A stretch of 64,000 bases of DNA from Verrucomicrobiia bacterium (lineage in GTDB: Bacteria > Verrucomicrobiota > Verrucomicrobiia > Limisphaerales > JADJPG01), in the NCBI GenBank assembly GCA_035577805.1, contig DATLUX010000650.1, forward strand, positions 16,943-80,942, written 5' to 3'. Numbering within the stretch: position 1 is the stretch's first letter; the number at the start of each line of letters is the position of its first letter. Below are positions 36,485 through 45,809 of the stretch, one piece after another. The translations under genes were made by a program, and so were the position numbers. The notes under the pieces were generated by a model. It worked only from the letters and a program-made list of their open reading frames with translations. It had not been told where the DNA came from and did no database searches.

Positions 36485-37365
36485 CAGAGTTTGACCTTCT
36501 GTTCGATGGAGGTCAGGTGCTTGGCCTTCAGGCTCAACAGCGCGCGCCGCACGCGGACGTTGTCCTCCTGGCGGATTGAAATGTAGCCCTTCGGAAGTGC
36601 GTAGCCGAGCATGTCGTTGAACCACTCGACAATGATAGTCTTGCGTTCGTCGGGTCCAAGTCCTTCACCAAGCCCGGCTTCCTCGACCATGATCTTGATC
36701 TGCGCGGCCTCATCGAAGGTGATCGGTAGACCGCCGGCGGCAACTCCATCGTCATCAGCACCCTTTCGCACAATTCGGAAGAACCCAATCAGGATGTATT
36801 TCTGACCGTAGGTGTCGGTCGAGCCTGCGGCCTGGAGGTTCCCGCGGCCTGGGCCGCTGTCCAGCGGCAGAGGGAACGAGGCGGTGATGTTGTGCCCTCC
36901 CCGATGCCAAAGCGTGCCAGTGACCACGAACCCGCCTCCGTCGCCCTGTCGGGGGGCCCTGTCGTAGGTAACTGAGAAGCCATACTTGGTCATGATCGGG
37001 CGGATCATCTCGTCGATGTCCTCGAGCGCGGCATAGCGGTAACCGCCCTTGTTCTCGCCCTCCTTGCCGAGTTTGACCTCGGCGTTGCGCACCACGGCCT
37101 GACACTCGGACTGTGCCGCTGCCATGTCGACGGCGAATGCGCGTAGGGCTTGGCGGTCCTCGGCCCGCTCTTGCATCGCGGTGAGAGCCTGCAGCTTCGC
37201 CACGTCGAATGACGGATCACGCGCGAGTTCCAGGATCGCGCTCCGGACAATCTCGCCTTGGTTCGCCGTTTCGATTGCTCCCTCGTGTCGCACAGCGACG
37301 TCCTGTGCGATTGGCGTGTCGATCCCGAGGTCTGTCTGTTCGGCTTCGATTGTTTTTGTTGGCAT
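36484..37365 (-). CDS. ERF-family single-strand annealing protein
   Basis: YRYA.LEDI...IRP...KYG, H.GGH, QAAGST.TYG.KY, DDDG. Confidence 0.85.
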   Translation of the reverse strand: MPTKTIEAEQTDLGIDTPIAQDVAVRHEGAIETANQGEIVRSAILELARDPSFDVAKLQALTAMQERAEDRQALRAFAVDMAAAQSECQAVVRNAEVKLGKEGENKGGYRYAALEDIDEMIRPIMTKYGFSVTYDRAPRQGDGGGFVVTGTLWHRGGHNITASFPLPLDSGPGRGNLQAAGSTDTYGQKYILIGFFRIVRKGADDDGVAAGGLPITFDEAAQIKIMVEEAGLGEGLGPDERKTIIVEWFNDMLGYALPKGYISIRQEDNVRVRRALLSLKAKHLTSIEQKVKL

Positions 37366-37580
37366 CAGAATGGAATCCTTGTGAAGCGTTGGGTAACGAT
37401 GTCCTGACGCTTGGTGACCGAGATCGGTTCGAGGACGTAGAAGTCGTGGCCGGGATGCTCGCGGGCCAGCCTAGTGGCTTCGTCCATGGCAGACCGCTCA
37501 TTTGGGTGCTGACGGCTGGGCGAGCGTCCCTGGGGATCCCAGACGAGCCAGAATGGCGGCGTAGTAATTTGATCTCTCAT
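37365..37580 (-). CDS. Hypothetical protein
   Basis: FWLVW...P...H....A..EA.RLA..HPG..FYVL pattern. Confidence 0.6.
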   Translation of the reverse strand: MRDQITTPPFWLVWDPQGRSPSRQHPNERSAMDEATRLAREHPGHDFYVLEPISVTKRQDIVTQRFTRIPF

Positions 37581-38188
37581 GCAGCCTTCCCCAGGCTTTT
37601 CAGGTGGAAGTAAATTCGACCCGCATACCGAGCGTCGGCCAGCGCGCCGTGGAGCCCTTCGATCGCCTCGTCGGGGAAGAAGTGCTTCACGCACTCGGCC
37701 AGGTTCGGCGGCTTCGGGCCGTTTATCCCCTTCGCAACCATGCGCTCCGTCGGTGGCAGGTTCACGATCGCCTTGGAGTTGTTCATCGTGCAGAAGCTGG
37801 GTCGCTTCTCGATGAACTCGATCACGTCGCGCTGGAAGCCGTACCGCGTCAGGGCGATGCGGGCCACGCGATCGTCAAACGACCCATTATGGGCAACCCG
37901 TAACGTCGCCCGCGCCATCGACATCAACCAAAGGCTGATGACGTGTTCCTCCGGGATGCCCTCGGCCTCGCGCTGCGCCTCGGTGATGCCGTGCGCCTTG
38001 AAGGCGTCCGGCTGGCTGACCGACCCATTGACCGGCTTGGCGAGGACGTGGCGGCATGACAGTTGGGTGCCGTCGTCCGCGTATTTGATGATCGCCATGC
38101 TGACGATGTGCGGATGCGAAGGATCATGGCTTCGCTTGGTGAAATCGATCAGGCCCTCGGTCTCGAAGTCGTGTGCTGTGATGGTCAT
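37577..38188 (-). CDS. DEDDh 3'-5' exonuclease (DnaQ-like)
   Basis: DFETEG, HGIT, VAHN.SFD, CTM, HGALAD. Confidence 0.9.
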   Translation of the reverse strand: MTITAHDFETEGLIDFTKRSHDPSHPHIVSMAIIKYADDGTQLSCRHVLAKPVNGSVSQPDAFKAHGITEAQREAEGIPEEHVISLWLMSMARATLRVAHNGSFDDRVARIALTRYGFQRDVIEFIEKRPSFCTMNNSKAIVNLPPTERMVAKGINGPKPPNLAECVKHFFPDEAIEGLHGALADARYAGRIYFHLKSLGKAA

Positions 38189-38712
38189 GGTGACACTCCT
38201 TTGCCAGACAGTTCGACTTTGCGCAGAAGCTGCGGGTTAACCAGACGACCATGTTCAGCGGCGTGGCAAATATGGCAGAGCCATATAACATCGAGCGGCT
38301 TAGAATAGTCCGGATGGTGCGCGTGCGTCTTTGCCTCGCCGCATCGTTCGCATGGCTTTTTCGTTATTTTTCCAGCTTTGATCGCGGCCGATACAGCCGT
38401 GCGTGCGGCTACCTTTTCAGGATTTTTTTGTTTGGTGCGCGCGTCGCTTATCTTCGTTGCGGCCTTTCCGGCCTCAGTTTTCCGGTAGACCAAAACCCGA
38501 TCCATGACTTTCTCGGGTGCCGCAAGATACAGGGCTTTGTGATAGGAGCGGCGACCCTCTCTGTTCCGGTCGCCATATTCCCGCCAACTCTTGCGTTGGC
38601 CGACCCGGGCGCATGGGGGAGAGCAATATTTCCCCATGCTATGCCGAGTTTCAAAGGTGGTTTGACAGACCGCACAGTTTACCGAGCGCGGCATCATCCT
38701 CCCTTTTTTCAT
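38185..38712 (-). CDS. Zn-finger/HNH-like protein
   Basis: CAVC, YCSPPC, PCERCG...HAHHPDYSKPLDVIWLCHICH. Confidence 0.7.
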   Translation of the reverse strand: MKKGRMMPRSVNCAVCQTTFETRHSMGKYCSPPCARVGQRKSWREYGDRNREGRRSYHKALYLAAPEKVMDRVLVYRKTEAGKAATKISDARTKQKNPEKVAARTAVSAAIKAGKITKKPCERCGEAKTHAHHPDYSKPLDVIWLCHICHAAEHGRLVNPQLLRKVELSGKGVSP

Positions 38713-40163
38713 AGAAGATTACCGCTTGGTTGATCGTCAGTCGGCGGCTGGTCGGCCAAGTGTCCATCGACCAAAACAAACCCTACCTTCTCCCCATTAC
38801 CAACTACCTCAACCCAAATCTGCATGTCGGCTTCGTCTGCCATCTGAGCGAGCAGCTTCATGCCCTCGTCGTCCAAGAGGGAGCCGTCCCGCACCCGGAT
38901 CACCTTCAATGGGCCCGCCGTCGCGATGGCGATGGCGATCGACGTGCGGAGTTGCTGCGCGTCGCTCGCCTGGTCGAAGGGTAGGCCATCGATGGTCACC
39001 ATCCCATCGCCGAAGCCCAGTCCCTCCACCGGCAGTTTCGCCGCGGCGATCGCGTCGGCCTTCGTCTTGTCGCGTGCGGCCATGGCAGTCGTCAGTTCCA
39101 GGGCCTCCCCTTCCAGACGTTCGGCGTCCGCCTCGTGTCGCTTGCGCTGATCCCGCAGGCGGATGGCGGCGTTGGTGTTGCGCGCCTCGGTGATGCGCGC
39201 GGTCAGCGCCTCGGTGTCGATCGGTTCGGGTAGTGGCTCCGCGTCGTTAAGCGTCTTCTCCAAATCGTCGGCGGCTTCGCGGGCCTTTTTGACATGGTCA
39301 GCCGTTATCTCCCGGGCTTCAGTGATCATAGAGTTCGCTCGCTCCTGACGCTCGACGATCCGCTTTTCAAGCAGTGCGATTTGCTCTCTGAGCGAGGCGA
39401 TATCCTGGTCTCGAACCTTTTCGTGTCCAGCAATCAGATCGGGTAATTCACCCTCCACGCGATCGGCCGTGGCGCGATTGGCTTCCACCTGCTTCCGCGC
39501 CGCTTCGCGCCGGTCCGCCCTGGTCGTGATGCTGGCGTTGTGGTTCGCGGCGCCGTTCAACTGCTCGATCAGCGCGGCCTCATCCACGGGTTGCGTCGTG
39601 TCGTCGATGCTGTCCGGCACCTGCACCGACAATGCCGCCGAGCGCGCCTGCTTGGCGTCGCGGTTGACCTCGGTACGCTTGGTGAAATCGGACTTGTTGC
39701 GCGCGGCGATGTCGTCGAAGTCGACGTCGGGTACGAACACCCGCAACTGGTCGAATTGCTCCTTGGACTTCATCCGGCTGAACGCGAGCGGATCCATGGT
39801 GATCCGGCCCATCAGCTTGTCCATCATGGCCTGGGGCGATGGCGCGCGGAAACCGTCCGCGGTCTCGACCGTCAGGGTATTGGTGAAGCCCGCCGCCTCC
39901 TTCCGCCGCCGCAGCGTGCGGGTGGCGATCAGTTCGACCTTGTCGCCTCCCAGCTTCAACTGCATCACGGCCTTGTCTTGGCCCTTGCGGATCGGCGCCG
40001 CCTGAATCGCATCCGCGCCCTCGAGTACGGCCCATATCCCGTCCAGCACCGAGGTCTTGCCCTGACCGTTCTTGCCGGTGATCTGCACCAGATTCCCGGT
40101 CGGCGTGATCTGGACGACGGATATGCGCTTGAAGTTCTCCGCGGAGAAATTGAGGATTTTCAC
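38709..40163 (-). CDS. SMC/SbcC-like coiled-coil P-loop ATPase
   Basis: ENFKRI, Walker A GKNGQGKTS, long coiled coil, QAS..QQL, DGSLLD; GTG start 40163. Confidence 0.85.
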   Translation of the reverse strand: MKILNFSAENFKRISVVQITPTGNLVQITGKNGQGKTSVLDGIWAVLEGADAIQAAPIRKGQDKAVMQLKLGGDKVELIATRTLRRRKEAAGFTNTLTVETADGFRAPSPQAMMDKLMGRITMDPLAFSRMKSKEQFDQLRVFVPDVDFDDIAARNKSDFTKRTEVNRDAKQARSAALSVQVPDSIDDTTQPVDEAALIEQLNGAANHNASITTRADRREAARKQVEANRATADRVEGELPDLIAGHEKVRDQDIASLREQIALLEKRIVERQERANSMITEAREITADHVKKAREAADDLEKTLNDAEPLPEPIDTEALTARITEARNTNAAIRLRDQRKRHEADAERLEGEALELTTAMAARDKTKADAIAAAKLPVEGLGFGDGMVTIDGLPFDQASDAQQLRTSIAIAIATAGPLKVIRVRDGSLLDDEGMKLLAQMADEADMQIWVEVVGNGEKVGFVLVDGHLADQPPTDDQPSGNLL

Positions 40164-40336
40164 GGTGTCGTTTCCTTTGCCAGATGGGCGTTGGTCTGCC
40201 AGTGGAACGGCGCGACCTTGATGTAGGTGCGCTCGCATCCCTCGCAGAAATACGGTGACTCAGTCGCCTCGCGTTCGGTCAGCGGGGCCATGCACGACCA
40301 GCACCGCAGAGGGGTGCCGCTTTTGGTTGTCAGCAT
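40160..40336 (-). CDS. Small zinc-ribbon protein (58 aa, not in ORF track)
   Basis: CWSC...FCEGC; fills the gap exactly with overlaps at both ends. Confidence 0.55.
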   Translation of the reverse strand: MLTTKSGTPLRCWSCMAPLTEREATESPYFCEGCERTYIKVAPFHWQTNAHLAKETTP

Positions 40337-40680
40337 CAGTCCCTCCCGTAATCCGGATCACGTTCCGGAATGCACTCGTTGAAGTCGTCCGCGTCACGGG
40401 TGGACAGCCAGTGTTGGCAGAACTCATCAAGCCATTCGCCCTGCTGAATCCTGATCCAATGCTTGTTGCCGCCTGGGTCCGTGTGTTCCCGCTCGGCGTA
40501 GTCGTAATCAACCTCGTGGCCTGAACCGGGATCGTACCGCGCGGGATCGGCCAGATAGCCGCGTCCGGTCTCCGGTGTGCCCGGCGTGAAATCGAAATGA
40601 ATGCGCAACTCCACAAAGCCGGGATCGCCAGCGGGCGCGTCGTATTCGAAGGTCGTATCCAGAAAGGTTTTGATGCTCAT
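40336..40680 (-). CDS. Hypothetical acidic protein
   Basis: ATG 40680; TGATG coupling to next gene. Confidence 0.55.
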   Translation of the reverse strand: MSIKTFLDTTFEYDAPAGDPGFVELRIHFDFTPGTPETGRGYLADPARYDPGSGHEVDYDYAEREHTDPGGNKHWIRIQQGEWLDEFCQHWLSTRDADDFNECIPERDPDYGRD

Positions 40681-40684
40681 GACA

Positions 40685-41065
40685 TCATCGCACTTCAATG
40701 TCCGGAATGATGACGGTCGGCTTGAACACCACGCGATATCGATAAGTGCTGGCCGGTGCGGGTTCGAGTTGCTCGGCAAAATAGGTGACGTTATCGGACA
40801 CTCCGAGAAAGTGCTTTTTGTAAGCCCCAGGTCCTGTCTTACAGATGACGTAGATGGCCTTGGGAGTGGCCGCCGGCCCAATCGAACACTTTCCCTCAAT
40901 CTGAAGGATGTAGTTGCCGGTGATACCGTTATAGAAGACGACCCTACGATCGATCTCGAAGTTGTCAGCCGCCGTTGAGATATTGCGCGAGGCAACGTCG
41001 GCGTCCTTGTCGCAAGACATCAATGCTAAGAGACCAAAGCCCAATAGTGCCGTACGACTTTTCAT
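40685..41065 (-). CDS. Conserved phage lipoprotein
   Basis: Lipobox LMSC; ADVASRNIS.AADNFEI.RRVVFYNGIT...CKTG...YKKHFLG. Confidence 0.75.
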   Translation of the reverse strand: MKSRTALLGFGLLALMSCDKDADVASRNISTAADNFEIDRRVVFYNGITGNYILQIEGKCSIGPAATPKAIYVICKTGPGAYKKHFLGVSDNVTYFAEQLEPAPASTYRYRVVFKPTVIIPDIEVR

Positions 41066-41253
41066 GATCTATCCCCCCTTAGTGCTTTCAGCCCGACCTT
41101 GGGCGACGTCGCCACCAGCCTCCACCCGCCGCGACGGCGCTCCAGGCGCCAAGTCGTCCCGGACTTGTGATACAGGCCGCCCCAGAACTCGAAACCGTCG
41201 TCCAGCAGCATCGCGTGCAGATCGTCCAGGATCGGCGGAAGAGGTGCGGACAT
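41062..41253 (-). CDS. Hypothetical protein
   Basis: ATG 41253; ATGA overlap downstream. Confidence 0.45.
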   Translation of the reverse strand: MSAPLPPILDDLHAMLLDDGFEFWGGLYHKSGTTWRLERRRGGWRLVATSPKVGLKALRGDRS

Positions 41254-41255
41254 GG

Positions 41256-41390
41256 TCAGATGATCATCATTATGTAGATCAGCCCGAGGATGATCCCACC
41301 GAGCAGTGCGCCCGCCGTGATGCGCACGGAGAGCGGAGCGGGTGTCGGCTCGATCCGGCGCGGCCGGTGCCAGTTCAACGAGGAAGCCAT
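41256..41390 (-). CDS. Small membrane protein (44 aa)
   Basis: C-terminal TM segment; AGGGA upstream; translated by hand. Confidence 0.45.
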   Translation of the reverse strand: MASSLNWHRPRRIEPTPAPLSVRITAGALLGGIILGLIYIMMII

Positions 41391-41519
41391 GGCTCAATCC
41401 CTATGTGGCGGACGGCCCCGCAGGACCGCCTGGAAAGTTGCCGGTGCTCTCCCGGCTGTCACACCACTGGGCGCAGTTCCTCCCAGGTGTCGGGACGGCG
41501 AGCCGGTTACCCGACCCTT

Positions 41520-41630
41520 CCCCCCAACCCTAGTTCGTTGGGGGCGACAAGAAACAAGCATGTCTTGCGATAGTTCCGCAAGCCGCAATTTCGCCTTGCG
41601 ACGCTTTTTTTTGAATGGTAAGGGATTCTC
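41520..41630. promoter_or_regulatory. Divergent promoter/operator region
   Basis: Strand switch point; palindromes CTTGCG-7nt-CGCAAG (41564-41582) and CGCAA-7nt-TTGCG (41584-41600); TTGCGA...TGGTAAG promoter-like sequence before cro. Confidence 0.6.
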
Positions 41631-41822
41631 ATGCGTGACGAACCGCTTGCAAAGGCAATCCAGGTCGTGGGGTCGATAGCAGCTTTAGCTGCGAAGATCG
41701 GTGTGAAACCGCAAGCAGTGTCTGCTTGGGACCGGGTCCCGGCGGAACGCGCAAAGGCCGTAGAGGCGGCTACCGGCGTTCCGCGGCATGAACTTCGCCC
41801 TGATCTATGGGATGCACCTTAA
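41631..41822 (+). CDS. Cro/YdaS-like transcriptional regulator
   Basis: AI..VGS..ALA..IGV.PQAVS.W.RVPAER...VE..TGVPRHELRPDL. Confidence 0.9.
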   Translation: MRDEPLAKAIQVVGSIAALAAKIGVKPQAVSAWDRVPAERAKAVEAATGVPRHELRPDLWDAP

Positions 41823-42295
41823 TGCCGGTTTATATAGTTCGCGCCGACGAAACAGGCCCGGTCAAGATAGGCTGGAGTAACAGTGTCGTTAAGAGGATGC
41901 GCGCAATCAAGCCTACGCCAACGACGGAACTGACAATCATCAGGCTTCTTGACGTTCCGCGGTGCGTTGAGCCATGGCTACATCAAATATTCTCCGAGCA
42001 GAGGCTGAATGGAGAGTGGTTCACTTTTGATGAGCGTATGCTGACAATAGAGCCATTCGTAGCACCAGAAACCTCTCCTGGCACTCTCGAAGAGGATAAT
42101 CTGTGTGCCGCCGATATCGAGCGCATGGCGACCGAGCGTGGGCGTACCATGCAGCAAGTTTGCGCTGATTTGGGTGTTGCTTACACCACGTTTTGGCGCT
42201 GGAGAGCCGGGAAAGGCGAACCGTCGCTGTCCATGTATCGTCGTCTGAGGGACGCCGTTTCCACGCCGACCGAATCCACCCACCAGGAGCAATGA
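41822..42295 (+). CDS. T5orf172/GIY-YIG-like domain plus C-terminal HTH
   Basis: VY....GPVKIG.S, E..LH..F...RL.GEWF; HTH ending TFWRWRAG..EP. Confidence 0.7.
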   Translation: MPVYIVRADETGPVKIGWSNSVVKRMRAIKPTPTTELTIIRLLDVPRCVEPWLHQIFSEQRLNGEWFTFDERMLTIEPFVAPETSPGTLEEDNLCAADIERMATERGRTMQQVCADLGVAYTTFWRWRAGKGEPSLSMYRRLRDAVSTPTESTHQEQ

Positions 42296-43032
42296 GTATG
42301 GGACGACCAGCCGGATCGAAGAACGCGGCCAAGAAAGCCGCCGGGAAGAAGGCAGCCGGGAAGAAGGCGGCGGCGGGAGCGGCCACGCCACCGCGCGAGG
42401 CCAAACCGATGTCGCCAGCCCAGCAGTCGAACGGCCCGACCGAGATCGAGATCCGCCAGTATCTCGAACGCTACCGCAATCACCGTCGCGCCTTGGCCGA
42501 CATCATGAAGGAGGCAGGAGAGGAACGCGGCAACGGTCGGTCCATCCTGAAGTCGTTCGAGAGCAAGGGTGGGAACCCGGACATGCTCCGGAAGATGTTC
42601 GATTTGACCGATATGACGAAGGCCGAGGCCGACGCCTTCATCGCCGAATACATGGGGTACGCGATCAAGGTCGGTATCGAACCGCCGAGGGTGATCTTCG
42701 ACGCCCAGGGGCAGGGTTCCTTGGCCGATGTGCTGGAGACCCCGATCAAGCCAACGGTAGAGGCGGAAGAGGCTCTGGACCGCACCCGCGCTTACAATGA
42801 TGGCTGGAACAGCGCGAAGGAAGGCGGCCTGGTGACGCAGAATCCCAAGATCGCTGGGACAGCCGACCACCAGAACTGGGCCAAAGGCTTCGGCGACTGG
42901 CACTGGGAGAAGGAACATGGAGGCAAACCCACAAACGGCACTGCCGCTCAACCTAACGCCGACATCCCCGCCGATCCGACTGCGTTAGCTGCTTCTCTGC
43001 ATTCGAAAGTGTCGGATGCCACAACCGGCTAA
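42292..43032 (+). CDS. Putative GapR-like DNA-binding protein with histone-like N-terminus
   Basis: GRPAGSKN and KKAAG repeats; IRQYLER...SKG...LRK...Y...G helical pattern. Confidence 0.45.
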   Translation: MSMGRPAGSKNAAKKAAGKKAAGKKAAAGAATPPREAKPMSPAQQSNGPTEIEIRQYLERYRNHRRALADIMKEAGEERGNGRSILKSFESKGGNPDMLRKMFDLTDMTKAEADAFIAEYMGYAIKVGIEPPRVIFDAQGQGSLADVLETPIKPTVEAEEALDRTRAYNDGWNSAKEGGLVTQNPKIAGTADHQNWAKGFGDWHWEKEHGGKPTNGTAAQPNADIPADPTALAASLHSKVSDATTG

Positions 43033-43885
43033 AGCCTCCGTGGAGGAACTGACCGCCGCCTACGACCAAACGCCCAACGTCTGGCGCGTGGCCGAGCGGT
43101 TTGGGATGTGCGGTCAGTCCGTTCATGAAAGATTGAAGAAGGCCGGGGTGATAAACCCGAAGCGGGTGTTCACCAATGCTGAACGGCTTGTCCTGATTGC
43201 TCGTTACGCTGACCATGCGGACAATGGCACCCTTTCTATCCTCGCCAAGGAAATGGGCCGCACAAAGCACTTTATCTGTCGTCAGGCAAACGATCTTGGC
43301 TTAACCGACTGGGAGAGGGTGGGTAATTTCGTCAACCCAAACCTGTTTCAGGAATGGGGCGCGAACAATCCGCATCCTCGGGGGATGCTCGGGAAGCGCC
43401 ATGACTGGACCATAGAAGAGATCGCGGCGAGGACACGAAAAATGCAGGACACAATGATGGAGCGGTACGGGAAGCTGGTTCCCGACACCGACAGTCAGCG
43501 TAGTTGGAAGTCTGGTTGGCGGGAGGTCGCTGGTCGTCGCGTGTTCTTTCGATCCAGTTGGGAGGCGAATTACGGTCGATATCTGCAATGGTTGAAGGAA
43601 CACTCAGCCATCGCTGAATGGGAGCATGAGCCGCAAGTATTCTGGTTCAACAAGATCAAGCGCGGCACCAGAAGCTATCTGCCGGACTTTCGTGTGACTG
43701 AACTGAATGGCGAAATCGCCTACCATGAGGTCAAGGGCTGGATGGACCAGCGGAGCCGGACCAAAATCAAGCGGATGCGGATTTACCACGGTAAGGTTAA
43801 ACTGATCGTGATCCCCCGCAAAACCTACAAGATGATCGAAGGCCAAGTTGGCCGAATGATTGAGGGATGGGAATGGTCCAAGTGA
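43016..43885 (+). CDS. HTH plus PD-(D/E)xK nuclease
   Basis: FRSSWEANY, W.HEP, YLPDF...YHEVKGWMD. Confidence 0.75.
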   Translation: MPQPAKASVEELTAAYDQTPNVWRVAERFGMCGQSVHERLKKAGVINPKRVFTNAERLVLIARYADHADNGTLSILAKEMGRTKHFICRQANDLGLTDWERVGNFVNPNLFQEWGANNPHPRGMLGKRHDWTIEEIAARTRKMQDTMMERYGKLVPDTDSQRSWKSGWREVAGRRVFFRSSWEANYGRYLQWLKEHSAIAEWEHEPQVFWFNKIKRGTRSYLPDFRVTELNGEIAYHEVKGWMDQRSRTKIKRMRIYHGKVKLIVIPRKTYKMIEGQVGRMIEGWEWSK

Positions 43886-43913
43886 TCGATATCCGGTCCA
43901 TGGCTGGCGAGGA

Positions 43914-44120
43914 ATGAGCGACCGTCTGCGCGGCAACACGAACCGCTGCAAGCCGCACCATCCGAAGACCCTCATTCAGCGCGCACGTCAGTTCTGGGAT
44001 CTTGGCTACTCCGCATCTGAGGTAGCGTTTTTCGTGGAGTTATCGCGTAGCGCGGTGTGCGGGATCGCGCATCGGAACGATTTTCCGGCGCGTGAGCCGC
44101 CGATAAAGAGGTCGCCATGA
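43914..44120 (+). CDS. GcrA-like N-terminal HTH protein
   Basis: W..G.SASEVA....SRSAVCG.AHR matches the GcrA N-terminal pattern. Confidence 0.65.
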   Translation: MSDRLRGNTNRCKPHHPKTLIQRARQFWDLGYSASEVAFFVELSRSAVCGIAHRNDFPAREPPIKRSP

Positions 44121-45100
44121 TGTCTCCGGAGGAAGCAGCGTCTTTGACCGCCGCCGTCGCGCTTGAAGTCGCCGGCGGCCTCGTGGATGAGGCGGCAAAA
44201 TATTCCGCTCGGCGTCAGTCGACATACCGGCATGACAATCCGGGGCTCGTTCGTGACCCTGTCGACCGTGTCCAGCGCACGTTTCACAACAAGAGCCGGG
44301 CAACATCCACCCTGGCTCGCTTCGTGAACCTAGCAGTGACGGAACCCTCACGTCGATCCACGGCGGCGCTGAACCTGCGGCACCCCGCCTTGAGGGAAGG
44401 TCGTACTATCTTCTCGACCCGAGTGTTCGACGCACACGAACGCGACCGAGTACTGATCAGCGGCGAAAACAACGCGAAACTGGGCAAGAGGGTAACCGTC
44501 GGCGACTGGGCCGGATTTCCGATTTACACGATGTCGCTTGAGGAACGCGCGACATGCCCGCGGACGTGTGCCGCGTGGGCTGAGTGCTACGGTAATGGCA
44601 TGCCCGCTGCCGTTAGGTTCCGGTACACACCAGCGCTCCTGCTGGCGATCCATCGTGATCTAACGATCCTGTCCAAGTTGCCCAGATCGAAGCGTGGGTT
44701 CGTGGTCCGGTTGCATGTTCTCGGTGACTTCCCGGACGCTCGTTATGCTCGCGAGTGGGCTCGGTGGTCGAGCGAATTCCCGGCTTTGCGCGTCGAGGGT
44801 TATACAGCGCACCCAAGGCATAGTGAGATTGGGTCAATCATCGCGGCGATGAACGCGAAGCGGTCCAATCGTTGGCAAATCCGTAACTCAGTCGCTCCCG
44901 ATGCGCCGTACGAGCCTATGCAGGTGACCACGCTTTGGGAGAAGCCAGATCGGAACGTCTACGATCCGGCGACGAAAACGATGGTCTGCCCGCAGGAACT
45001 CGGCAAAACGCAAACCTGCGGAACGTGCGGCGTTTGCTGGAAGCCCGAATTGAATCACGTCCGCGTTGCGTTCTTCGGCCATGGTGGCCGAGGCCAATGA
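44117..45100 (+). CDS. Gp88-like Cys-rich phage protein
   Basis: N.KLG, SLEERATCP..C....CY, RLHV.GDF, GYT, CP.......CGTCG.CW. Confidence 0.65.
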   Translation: MMSPEEAASLTAAVALEVAGGLVDEAAKYSARRQSTYRHDNPGLVRDPVDRVQRTFHNKSRATSTLARFVNLAVTEPSRRSTAALNLRHPALREGRTIFSTRVFDAHERDRVLISGENNAKLGKRVTVGDWAGFPIYTMSLEERATCPRTCAAWAECYGNGMPAAVRFRYTPALLLAIHRDLTILSKLPRSKRGFVVRLHVLGDFPDARYAREWARWSSEFPALRVEGYTAHPRHSEIGSIIAAMNAKRSNRWQIRNSVAPDAPYEPMQVTTLWEKPDRNVYDPATKTMVCPQELGKTQTCGTCGVCWKPELNHVRVAFFGHGGRGQ

Positions 45101-45330
45101 CCCTTCACCTGAAACCCATAAAGGATACCGCTATGCAGCCTGACCTTTTATCGAGCCTCAGTTTCTCCAAGATGGAGAACGCCGTCGAAACATCCATCCA
45201 GGCGGTCAGTGGCCACCGGATCGCCGTGTTTTCGAAGTTCCTCGCCGCGCTGCACGCGAATGGGTATTGCGTTCAGCCGTTACCCGAAGGGGCGGTGGTG
45301 CCCGTTCCTGTTGAGCGGCCGGACGAATGA
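45097..45330 (+). CDS. Hypothetical protein
   Basis: ATGA overlaps on both sides. Confidence 0.45.
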   Translation: MTLHLKPIKDTAMQPDLLSSLSFSKMENAVETSIQAVSGHRIAVFSKFLAALHANGYCVQPLPEGAVVPVPVERPDE

Positions 45331-45518
45331 TATCCCCCGGCGGCCTGCGGTCCGTGGACATGGCCCAGCGGCTTCTCACGGCGTCGCTGAACCTGGAAGA
45401 GGCGGCGAACACCTACGCGATCAATCCTACCGTTGTGAATTACCACGAGATGCTGGTCTGCATGAAGGAGCACTACGAAGTGCTGACCGCCTCGTTTCGG
45501 GAGATCGCATTGCGGTGA
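45327..45518 (+). CDS. Hypothetical protein
   Basis: Coupled ORF, helical. Confidence 0.5.
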   Translation: MISPGGLRSVDMAQRLLTASLNLEEAANTYAINPTVVNYHEMLVCMKEHYEVLTASFREIALR

Positions 45519-45559
45519 CCGCTTGACGCTACCCCGATGCGGGGGATCGGTGTTGTCAC

Positions 45560-45740
45560 TCAGGTCTGGTGAAGCGGCGGGCCGAAATTGACATCGGCTG
45601 CTGGGCCTCAGTAGGCGGGCAGGGCGTCATCCCTGCGTTGTGTGATACCCCGCCGGCGGTTCCACACCGTCAGAGCCAAGAGTTGCGTCCACGCGCTCCG
45701 AACATGCTGATCCGGCTTAGTCCCCGGGGCATCGGCCTGA
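45560..45740. ncRNA. Putative structured non-coding RNA
   Basis: Closing stem TCAGGTCTGGTG/CATCGGCCTGA around several hairpins, in a gap without credible ORFs. Confidence 0.3.
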
Positions 45741-45809
45741 CCGCGCACACCTTGTGTGTCCTTCCACACCGCCGTTCGCTTCACCAGATTCCCTTTGTCC
45801 GTATGGTTG

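Noticed and set aside
42325-42375. GCC(G)GGAAGAAGGC tandem repeat as a DNA element
   Set aside because: Explained by coding KKAAG repeats
45560-45740. tRNA or tmRNA
   Set aside because: No T-loop GTTCRA in a cloverleaf context and no CCA end
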